From the NCBI GenBank assembly GCA_026770705.1, contig JANJGN010000016.1, positions 28,148,001 to 28,212,000 on the forward strand: a DNA stretch of 64,000 nucleotides. The letters are read 5' to 3'. Within the stretch, counting starts at the first letter, position 1, and every line of letters starts with the position of its first letter. Made by a program: the position numbers and the translations under genes. The notes below the pieces were generated by a model. The model made no database searches, was not told where the DNA came from, and worked only from the letters and a program-made list of their open reading frames with translations. This DNA is from Isurus oxyrinchus. Lineage: Eukaryota. This document shows, in pieces, positions 36,301 through 48,300 of the stretch.

Positions 36301-39300
36301 TCTTTCACTGGCTAGGCCAGCATTTATTATTCATCCCTAACTTCCCTGGAGGAGGTGGTGATGAGCCACCTTCTTGTACTGTTGCAGTCCATGTGGTGTA
36401 GGTACACACACAGTGATGTCAGGGAGGGAGTTCAGGATTTTGACAGTGAAGGAACAGCAATATAGTTCCAAGTCAGGATGGTGAGTGCCTTGGAGGGAAA
36501 CTTGCAGGTGGTGGTGTTCCCATGAATCGGCAGCCCTTGTCCTTCTAAGTGGTAAAGGTTGCAGGTTTGGAAGATGCCGTCGAAGGAACCTTGCTGAGTT
36601 GCTGCAGTGCATCTTGTTGATGGTAAACACTGCTGCCTCAGAGTTTGTGGTGGAGGGAGTGAATGTTGAAGGTGGTGGATGGGGTCCCAATCAAGTGGTC
36701 TTCTTTGTCCTGGGTGATGATGTCGAGCTTATTGAGTGTTGTTGGAGCTGCACTCATCCAGGCAAGTGGAGAGTACAAAGCTTACAAAGCAGGGATGCAT
36801 GCTGTGGCACAAGGAGCTGGTGGAAATTGAAGAGGCTTGAAATGTTGGAAATATGTGAATTATTGTGGGGGAGAATGTGGGCTCTGAATGCTTTGGCTAG
36901 GTTTAAATATCAGTTTGAGGTAGATGAGACCAGTTTAGATGGAAATTAAGTAAGGCATGGAGGTGGGTTTCAGCAGAAGGAAGGAGATAGTTAAAACTGG
37001 TGGAAGATAGTGGTTTTAGTAGAAACAAAGTTGTTTATCACATCCTGCAGTAAGCAAACCTTTGCTCGCTGTGGTAGTGATTGAGATTGAATCAGAGCAC
37101 AAAAGCCATTTAGCCCATCGTTCCTGTGCTGGTTGTATGAAAGAGCTATTTAATTAGTCCCAATCCTTTGTTCTTTTCCCATAGCCCTGCAAATCTTCAA
37201 GTATACCATATATCCCAATTCTCTTTTGCTTCCCTTTAAGAAGTGACTATTGAATTTGCAGCCACCACCCTTGAATCAATTCAAGATACAGGGAATGGAT
37301 GAATGTTAATTGAAGAATGAATTAAATACACTCAATCACAGAATTGTTATGGTGCAGGAGGCCATCTGGCCCATCATGTTTACACCGGCTCTCCGAATGA
37401 ACAACTCATCTGGTCCCATTCTCCCGCCTTCTCCCCACAACCCTGCACCTTCTTCCTTTTCTGATAAGTCAAATTCCATTTTGAACGCTTTAATTGAACT
37501 TGCTTCCACCACACACTCAGGCAGAGCATTCTAAACCGTAACTACTCGCTGAGCAAAAAAATGTTTCTCCTCGTATCATTTTTTTGCTTCTTTTACTAAT
37601 TACTTTAAACCTGTGCCCTCATTTTTGATCCTCACACGAGTAGGAACAGTTTCTCCCCATCTACTCTGTGCAGACCCCTCATGATTTTGAATACCTCTAC
37701 CAAATCTCCTCTCATCCCTTTATCTCTAAGGAAAACAGTTCTAAATCCTCCAATCTATCTTCAAAACTGAAGTTCCTCATCCCTGGAGCCATTCTCGCAA
37801 ATCTTTAAACTGCACTCCTCTAATGCGTTCACATCCTTCCAAAAGTGTGGTGCACTGAACTGAACTCTAGCTCAGGCCAAACTAGTGACTTATACAAATT
37901 CAACATAACCTCTTTGCTCTTGTGCTCAATACCCCTATTAACAAAGCCCAGGATACTGAATGCTTTATTAACTGTTCTCTCAACCTGTCCTGCCACCTTC
38001 AATGTTTTATGCACATATGCATTCAGGTCCCTCTGCTCCTATACCCCCTTTAGAGTTGTGCCCTTTATTTTATATTCTCTCTCCATGTTCTTCCTATAAA
38101 ATTCAAAGTTTAAATAGAGTAAAAAAAATTGAACAGTAAAAGCTACAATTGTCAGAATCTTTCCTACTTTTGCATACAGATGATCTATCAAGTTCCAGCC
38201 CTTTAAATTTTTCATTGCTTGGGACACCCATCCTCTGCTCCAACAATTCCCCTCCTTCACAAGCTAGGGAAAGGTAGGGACTTTCATTTCTTAAATTGTA
38301 CTTGCATCAAATTATCTGCAGTGGTGTTTCTGTGATCTTCATGTACTGCTGTTTCTTTGATCACATTGGAATGATTATCATCACAACAGCCTATGATTTC
38401 TTCAGGTTGTCAGCTGTCATTTCCTGCTTGCAGGTAAACCACGGCTACTTGGATTGGTTTTGATTACAAGCAAACTAATACTACCTCTAAACAGAAATGA
38501 ATCCATACCTGAGCTACATCAGGCGCTAGGCGTGCTGCCTCTGCACTCAGTTGCTTCTCCTGTTCTTCTACCTCTGGATCTGGTTTAGTCCGGAGATGAT
38601 CTGGAACCACCTCATGACTGAAAACAGGAACTCGACCCTCTGTTAGCTTCTACGAAAAGAAGGCAATGAATCAGAACGAAGATCATAGATGTTGAAGCAT
38701 TTTTGACAACTCCCCCCAGTTCCCTAGGGTAAAAGATGCAATTTTACTTTAAAATTCAATTACTAGACTCCACCCAGATATGTGAACTGCTATCCTGCTA
38801 GCTAACTGTATAATGTAACCTCCTCTTCCCCTGTTAATTTTTGACTTTCAGTCCATGGTCTATCTTTCAAAGAGTCCTTAACTGCTCCAACTTGATTTAA
38901 CACAAAGAAAGAACGCACATTTATATAATGCTTTTCTCATCCTCAAAATGTTATGTCAATTTGCATCAATGAACTGTTCTTAAAGTTTGATCACTATTGT
39001 TTTGTAGGTAAATATGGCAGCCAATACTCATACTGCAGGTCCCAGATGATTGACTAATACATAGAGAGAACCTCCCTTGTCGTCTTTGACTAGTGTCATG
39101 GAATTCTTTACACTGACCTGTTTAGGCGATCGGGAAGACTGCATCCCTGGCACTGTAGCAGTTATAGTCTAGACTGACCAATTCATATTGAGGAAGTTTT
39201 TTTTTTTATTCATTCATGAGATGTGGGCATCTTTAGCTAGGCCAGCATTTATTTCCCATCCCAGGTTGCCCTTGAGAAGTGGTGGTGAGCTGCCTTCTTG

Positions 39301-42300
39301 AACCGTTGCAATCCATGTGGTGTTGGAACACCTACCGTGCTGTGAGAGAGTTCCAGGGCTTTGACCCAGTGACAGTGAAGGAATGGTGATATATTTCCAA
39401 GTGAGGATGATGCGTGGCTTGGAGGGGAACTTCCAGGTGATGGCGTTCCCCTGTGCCTGTTGCCCTTGTCCTTCTGGATGGTAGCGGTCGTGGGTTTGGA
39501 TGGTGCTGTCTAATAAGGACCTACAGTGCATCTTACAGATGGTGAAAACTGCTGCCACTGTGCAATGGTAATGGAGGGAGTGAATGTTTGTTTGTGGATG
39601 GGGTGCCAATCAAGAAGGCTGCTTGGTCCTGGATGGTTTCAAGCTTTGCGAGTGTTGTTGGAGCTGCACTCATCCAAGCAAGTGGAGAGTATTCTATCAC
39701 ACTCCTAATCTGTACCTTGTAGAGGTGGACAGGCTTTGGGGAGTCAGGAAGTGAGTTACTCCCTGCAGAATTGCTAGCCTCTGATCTGCTCTTGTAGTCA
39801 CAGCATTTATATGGCTAGTCCAGTTCAGTTTCTGGTCATTGGTAACCCCACGATGTTGATATTGAGGGTTTCAGCAATGGTAGTGCCATTGAATGTCAAG
39901 GATGATGGTTAGATTCTCCCTTGTTGGAGATGGTCATTGCCTGGCACTTGTGTGGCACAAATGTTACTTGTCAGCCCAAGCTTGGACATTGTCCAGGTCT
40001 TGCTGCATTTGGACATGGACTGCTTCAATATCTAAGGAGTCACAAAAGGTGCTGAACATTGTGCAATCATAAGTGAATATCCCCACTTTTGAACTTATGA
40101 TGGAAGGGAGGTCATTGAAGCAGCTGAAGATTCTTGGGCCTAGGACACTCCTAAAGTGATGTCCTGGAACTGAGGTGACTGACTTCCAATAACCACAACT
40201 ATCTTCATTTGTGCTAGGTATGACTCCAATCAGTGGAGAGTTTTCCCCGATTCCCATTGACTCCTTGATGTCAATACTCACTTTCAATGAATTTAACATT
40301 TAACTATCACAAAAGAATTATGGTACAAGGCAACAGGATCTTTCAAGAGTTCAGTTCTAATGGGATTGAAACACTACTGAAATTAATAGGAAGGTCTTGT
40401 GGCACACTGGGTAAATTCACTGCCTGAGCCAGAAGCTGTGGGTTCGAGTCCCACTCCAGAACTTGATGGCCATGGAAGTGTTCATAATGTAGCCAAACAG
40501 GCTGCATATCAGCCTGTAATTTCTTTCAATATGCCTATGGCAGGTGGTAAGAGCCGGAGAGTCTCCTGGTCAGCCATGCTTGATGTGGAGTAGTGCCCCT
40601 CAAGCTATAGCCTCCGGCAACAGGCTAGCAGCCTGTTCCAGGAAAATCTAGTTACTTGGAAACAGATGTAAGCAGATGCTTTGTTGCCTCATGCATCTCT
40701 AGATGTGGGAAGAGAATCAAGATTGCACTTAATAAGCATTTGCCTTCACATTACAACAGGAATTTTGTATATTATAACAAGGAATTATCATGTCTTTCAA
40801 TAAGTTGTGTTATTAGGAGGGTCTACAAGGAAGAACTGGGAGACCAGCTAACTTATCATAATGACTACTGACATTTCTGCGATTCTGCTCAAGCATAGGA
40901 ACATGTGCCAAAGTACTTCACACTGAGGGGGAAATTGGTGGATTTTAAGGAGTTGTTATAGATACATGTATTATAAATTGCTACTCAATGTTTAGCGTAG
41001 TGCCTCTATAAATCATACAGTTGCAAGGAAATAATTAATTTGGTCTACATGAAGTTGGCCTGGCACTTCATATTTCCATCTTTCAAGACTTTATATATAG
41101 TCTTATATAATTTACAAAAAGCACTTTACTGCAATCAGAATGAATTATCTGACCTGGACTGTAAGTGTGCAAGGCCAAAAGCTGAAGAGATAAATATCAA
41201 ATGTGTCGTTTATGGAAGCTATCATCAGGTTGATTGAATGTGAAAACCTACAATGCTAATATTACGCTGCCTGCACGCTCAGTGAATTAATGGTTTACAT
41301 TCTTAACTTTGCTCACATCAGATGGTGACCAGCAAACACTCGCCTAAGCCCTCACCCACACCCCCAACTACCAAACTGAACCAGGTTTAAGGCCAAGGTA
41401 ACGTCTTGAGATCCCAGCAGAATCAAATCTCTCCATTCAAGTTTGAATCTGGATGAGTCATAGTTGCTGCCATGAATACAAATAAGGATAGTTTCACTCT
41501 CACCATTAGTCCAGCTGACTGTCCCATTTTCTAATCTGTTAAATTAAGTGCAGGTGTTGGGCATTAACCAGGTATTTATTTATGTCCCTATAAATAGGAA
41601 CAGACTGACTGGTGATTTGGACTCTGTAAATAAAAGTCTATAAACGCATGTGAAGATGGGCTCCAGTTCTATACTTCACCACCAGGCTTTCTGGAATATA
41701 ATATATTGCTTTATTCTCAGATCGTTTTCCGCTATGCTGTTTTTTAAAAAAAATGGAGGACACAATCCATTCCTGCAAAACAGTTGCTCAGAATTAAAGC
41801 ATCCTGCTCATAAACCCAAGTCATACATGGAATCCAACTGCACCGGGAGCACTCAACTCACTGCAAATATTCTTTGATATTTTGTGGAAGACTACTCAAC
41901 AGCATCTTGGCAGGTAAACATGAAAAATAGTTGGCCATATGACTTTTTGAGTCAGCTCCAGCATTTAGTATGATCATCGCTAATCCATTACCTCAACTCC
42001 ACTTTCCTGAACTACCCCATATCTCTTGATTCTGTTAGTATCCAAAAATTTATTGATCTTCAATGACTGAGCACCAACAAGGGTTAGAGAACTCCAAAGA
42101 TCCATAACGCCCTCAAGTGAAGAAATTTGTTCTCATATCAGTCCCAAATGACTACCCTTATTCTGAGACTGCAATCTCTAGTTTAAGACTTCCCAGCTAG
42201 AGAAAAAAGTGAAGAACTGAGGGTTTGAGAAGTTCCAGGTCACAGTGAACTAATAAAATAGACTCTAGTGCAAGAGCAAAATACTGTGGATGCGGGAAAT

Positions 42301-45300
42301 CTGAAATAGAAGCAGAAAATGCTGGAAAAACTCAGTAGGTCTGGTAGCATTGTTGGCGATAGAAACAGAGGCAATGTTTCTGTTCTAATGGAAGGACATT
42401 ATCTCTTTCTCTCTACACAGATACTACCTGAGCTGCTGCATATTTCCAGCGTTTTCTGTTTCAATATAGTAGCGTGAACTGCATTCATAACCTACCGTCA
42501 ATTCATCATCACGGTCAGGAGAAAGTAGCAGTGGGATGATGACCTGATTTCTTAGGAGTGGTGTTTTATCATTTTTCAGGAGCTTGTTCAAGGTGTTCAG
42601 TTGCCCAGATACCAGGGCAAAGTTATCCAATACTGAGGGCCTGGAAGTGGATGCAACATAGATTAGGCAAGACAGCCACAGCAGACTTTAAGCAGCTGGG
42701 AAAAGGCAGCAATAAAGTACTGTAAGTCCATCAGAATTTGAAGAGCGAAAATTTAGGTTAATGTGTTTGTGTAAACTATTAGTCAGAACTGGAAACTTGA
42801 TGCTGAAGATCCATATAGTAAGGGTGATGGAATAAGTTTTATTGGGCTTAGCCTCAAGCGAAGGCTAACGGACTAAAACATTTCTCTTGATCTCCTTTGG
42901 TACTCTGAAGTAAAATAAACTTGTACCACCCCTTTATAGGACTAAACACAGAGAGACAGAAAGAGAAAAGGTAAGTCAGAAGTCATGTATGCAGACTCTT
43001 GTAGAGAAGCACAAAAAGTGGTTGACTGCTTGAATATGCTAAAAAAGGGGTCAAGCACCTGCTTTGGAGTCCAAATTGTTTACAAGAAAAAACTTGCCTT
43101 TCACGAGCATTGGACATTTCAAAGTGCTTTACAGCCAATGAAGTACTTTTGAAGTGTAGTTACTGTTGTATTACAGGAAACGCAGCAGCTAAGTTGCAGA
43201 CAGCAAGTTCCCGCAAACAGCAATGGAATAATGACCACATAGTCTATTTTTTTTTGTGACGTTGATTGAGGGATAAATATAGGCCAGGACACTGGGAAAA
43301 CTCTCCTTTCCTTCTTCAAAATAATGCCATTGGTCTTTTTTTTACATCTACCCAAGAGGGCAGGTGAGGCTTTGGTTTAACCTCTCATCTGAAAGACACC
43401 CCTCAATACTGCACTGGTGTGTCAGTCTTCATTTTTGTGCTGACATCCTGGATTGGGACTTCTGACCCAGAGACAAGCTTGCTGCCAACAGAGCAATGGC
43501 TGACAGACAATGAACGCCGCAGGTTTTCAGGATTTCGAGGTTGATACATGACCTAATCATAAAGGTTGTAGGCCATCACAGAAAAAGGCAGGTTTTAAGA
43601 AAAAATATGCTTACTTTAATGGGGAGCTAGAAGGAGCAGGCCACTACTTGCCCAGCTTCCAGACTCTCCTCAGGTGGACACTGATCGATTTTGGTGGCCT
43701 GTGCAACTGGCGAGCTGTGTGTGAGGTGGCAACTTGCCTGTATTAAAAACAATAAGGCCTGAAAGCCAATGTGTCCGGGCTTTACCACCGGTCTTTTTGG
43801 GTTTTATTCAATTTTTAGATCAACATATTTGATAAAGTTTCCTAAATTTCTCTAATAAGTGCCACGAGAGCAAGTGTGGTTTGGTTTAGGTGCTGGATAA
43901 AATGCCTTTATTGAACCCCAACAAAAAGCTATAACCTCAATCTCTGAGGACCCTGAATGCACTAGTTCAACAATTCTGTTTCTCTCACCAACCACCCTAG
44001 AACTTCAATCAGATCACCAATTTGGGGAAACTGTGTTAAGTTTTGTAACGTGAAGTTAATAGGAACAAGGATGAGATAGCATTATGCTCATTTTACTTCA
44101 GGTGATAATAGACTCTTTGTCCGTCATCTTGAGCTGGACTCCAATCCAGACGCTACAAGTGAAAGATTTGGAATTTACATATTTCAACAAAAAAAATGAT
44201 AAACGTGCTATAGTTTATTCTTATGATAGATTGTGAAAAGCAATTTAAATTAATTAAAGACACATGACAAAAATTTAGATTGAAGTAACCGACGCAATGC
44301 CACTGAAAGAGAAATGCACTGTATTCAGAAATCTTTACATTTAAGTAGTTTTGTCACTAATAGATGTGTACCCAATGTCCCAAGTTGAGGTGTGTGCAAG
44401 TCCAGCAGTAACATGCTGGGGTTGAAATTCCTTTGTGGCATTTTGGTATAGCAGTGAATATAATTTGTATCAACTCGTGTGCAATGCGTTTCCTTAAAGT
44501 TAACCCACTGAGGAATATTAACCTCAGTAAATAGCAGTGCTTTATCCTCTTTCTGCCAGCCAATGGCTGCAATATGCTAAGTGTGCTGAGTGTAAAACTT
44601 ATACATGCAATTTCAGCAGTAACTCCACCACCATCAGTCGTCAATACACTTCCCATACATCCTTACATACAGACAAATTCGAGGAGATATGTGAGATCAA
44701 CAGCACAGGTAATTGCACAGCATTGTACAGACAGAAGAAAGTATTTTTTGTCCCAAGAGGGACACCTTACCAGTTCATTCGTTCAAATTCATTCTCTAAC
44801 TTGAAGATGAAAGCTGCCAAAGAACTTTTCAGGTCAGCTACCCGGCTGATAATGGCGTCCACAGATGCCTCCAACTGCTTTTCTTCTTGTGGCTATGGAA
44901 AGTTACCAGTGAACTTTAAAAAGATACAGCATTTTTACAAAACGATATAATCTGAACAGCACTTCCTCTAGTTATACTGATGACTGTCAAGGAATCTGTA
45001 GGAAGTGTGCTCAAAGCTTGAAATTCCGACCATCTGATTAATGAAAAATCTTAAGTGAAGGCTGCTCAGGAAATAGAAAGGAGAAGGCACATTTTAATTT
45101 TTTTTTTGCCAAATTCCTTCTCTTCCTCTCCTGAAAAGGTTAGCTCATTCTTGGATGTGATTCCATAGGTGTTGCCTGCCTTGATGCATTTTATACGAAT
45201 ACCCCTGCTTCACTTACGAAGGTTTGGTCAGTAAACGCTGGCAAGCTTTTTGACATGGGGGCACCAAGTGGTTTAATCTATAACCACACGTGCACCTACC

Positions 45301-48300
45301 ACCACGGGTTACTGGATAGTGATAAGAATTGGGTACCATGGCACTGATTCTCTCTCTCAGCCCATGAGTATTAGGACCAATTATGATGACCACCAACTTG
45401 GTTAACTCAGAACAAAACCAGAATTAAACTGAAGAAGGGTCATATGGACACGAAACGTTAATTCAGATGCTGCTAGACCTGCTGAGTTTTTCCAGCATTT
45501 TCTGTTTTTGTATCTAAGAGCTCAGATGCAACACTTCATTCCTTACTGACAGTTCCAGAATCATTCCAAGCCAATGCCATCCGATGGTTTTCCATATTAG
45601 CTAATGGCCTTGTATTTTTGATGCTGTTCACTATCATATACACTACTTCCTTTAAATGTGCCCAACACAACTGATTATACTTTGTTACTCTCTCAATAAC
45701 TTTAATAGTTCGTGGCCCACAAGGAATCCAAACCCAGGTAAACTTCATTGATTCCTGATATGGTTTCTAAAGATAGTGCTATACCGTGAGGTTCATTTCA
45801 CTGCCACACTCATTGGAAAAAAACACTTCAAATCTCTCAAAATATAACCCACTGGAGGGAATTATTTCCTTTATATATCATTAATAATAATAACTTTGTT
45901 GATACTCCTCTGTCAAGCCTCGGAAAATCAATGAGATAGATGTTTTTGTTTAAAAAATGTGAAACTTGATGCATTTAACACATACAAAGAAACAACGTTA
46001 TATTGAAATGGATCAATTTCACAGTTTCTGATAAGGAGACTCATTCCTGACAACCCCTGATGTTTACTAACATCTCACACTTTTACACTTAAAACACATT
46101 TAACATGATTTGTAAAGTCTGTGTCAGCTGCGGCTCAGTGGTAGCACTCTTGCTTTTGAATCAGAAAGTGATTAATTCAAGTCCCATTCCAGACATGTGA
46201 GCACAAAATCCAGGATGACATTCCAATACAGTACTGAGGGAGGGCCACACTAATGGAGGCGGTGGCTTTCAGATGAGACTTTAAAGCAATACCTTGTCTA
46301 GGCTACTGGGTGGGTGTAAAAGATTCCATTGAAAAAATAGCAGAGGGGCTATCCCCGGTATCCTGGCCAATATTTATCCCACAGCCAACACCAGCAAACA
46401 GATATTTTGATCATTATCACATTGCTGTATGCTGTGCACAAATTGGCTGCATCATTTCCTATATTAGATTAGGGGCTGCACTTCATTTCTGATTTTCAGT
46501 ATCTGCAGTATTTTTGCTATAAATTGCTGGAGAAGAGCTATGGGGCAACCTGAGGGAGTGAAAAGGTGCTGCACAAATGCAAGTGCTTCTTCCCTTTACA
46601 AAACGAGACTTGCATTTATATAGCCACCCTTCCCACTCTCTCAGGACCTTCCGGAGCACCTTTATGAATATTTATGTCAAAAATGCTGGAAATAAAGAGA
46701 GGAAATGAAGTGAAGTAGTCACTGTTGCGAAGTAGAAAAGGCAGCAGCCAATTTACGCTATGCAAGATCCCACCACTTCGATAATGACTGAAAGATCTCT
46801 GAGTTGCAGGAATATGGACTGTAAACACCAGTGAAAGTGATTTCCCCCCCTTCCTCCAGTTAAAGGCCAAGTACACTGAGTGGGTGGTTTAACATTAACC
46901 CAATGTGGTTGATTCGAATCTGCCCTCTGCAATGCCTAGCAAGCCATTCAGTATAAGGGCAATTAAGGATGGGAAACAAATGCTGGCCAGTGATACCCAA
47001 ATCCCATGAAAGAATAAAGAAAAAAAAGGCCCGGGATATGCTCCTTCTCCTCTCTCTCTCCCTCGCTCTGTACCCCTCCGTCTTTCTCTCTCTCGCTCTG
47101 TCCCCCTCCGTCTCTCTCTCCCTTGCTCTGTCCCCCTCCGTCTTTCTCTCCCTCGCTCTGTCCCCCTCCGTCTTTCTCTCCCTCGCTCTGTCCCCCTGTC
47201 TTTCTCTCCCTCGCTCTGTCCCCCTCTGTCTTTCTCTCCCTCGCTCTGTCCCCATGTCCTCCCTCTTGATCTGCCGCACCCATCTTCCATTCTCCCTGTC
47301 TCTTTCTCACTCCCCGTATGTCTCTTTCTCACTCCCCGTCCGTCTCTTTCTCAGTCCCTGTCCGTCCGCTCTTTCTCAGTCCCCGTCCGTCTGTCTCTTT
47401 CTCAGTCCCCGTCCGTCCGTCTCTTTCTCGGTTCCTGTCCGTCCGTCCGTCTCTTTCTCGGTTCCTGTCCGTCCGTCTCTTTCTCACTCCCTGTCCGTCC
47501 GTCTCTTTCTCACTCCCTGTCCGTCCGTCTGTCTCTTTCTCACTCCCTGTCTGTCCGTCCGTCTCTTTCTCACTCCCTGTCCGTCCGTCCGTCTCTTTCT
47601 CACTCCCTGTCCGTCCGTCTCTTTCTCACTCCCTGTCCGTCCGTCCGTCTTTCTCACTCCCTGTCCGTCCATCCGTCTCTTTCTCACTCCCTGTCCGTCC
47701 GTCTCTTTCTCACTCCCTGTCCGTCCGTCCGTCTCTTTCTCACTCCCTGTCCGTCCGTCCCTTTCTCACTCCCTGTCCATCCGTCCGTCTCTTTCTCACT
47801 CCCTGTCCGTCCGTCTCTTTCTCACTCCCTGTCCGTCCGTCCGTCTCTTTCTCACTCCCTGTCCGTCCGTCCGTCTCTTTCTCACTCCCTGTCCGTCTCT
47901 TTCTCACTCCTTGTCCGTCCGTCCGTCTCTTTCTCACTCCCTGTCCGTCCGTCCGTCTCTTTCTCACTCCCTGTCCGTCCGTCCGTCTCTTTCTCACTCC
48001 GTCTGTCGGTCTCATTCTCACTCCATCTGTCCGTCGGTCTCTTTCTCACTCCCTGCCTGTCCATCTCTTTCACACACCCTTGTTTGTCCGTCCCGTCTCT
48101 TTCTCACTCCCTTGTTCGTCTGTCCGTCCGTCCCCTTCTCAAGTCCCTGTCTGTCCGTCTCTTTCTCAGTCTGCCTGGCTGCAGCTTTCCCAGTCCCTGT
48201 CTGTCTGCCTGTCTCTTTTTCAGTCCCAGTCCCTATCTGCCTGTCTCTTTCTCAGTCCCTGTCTTTCAGTCCATCTGCCTCTTTCTCAGTCCCTGTCTGC

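Noticed and set aside
40393-40460. Possible tRNA gene (also 46123-46190)
   Set aside because: Only A/B boxes, no full cloverleaf, and the sequence continues into SINE bodies.
44357-44950. ORFs overlapping or adjacent to MED8 exon 2 (137 aa on +, 99 aa on -)
   Set aside because: Antisense shadow or intronic ORFs with no recognisable homology or splice structure.
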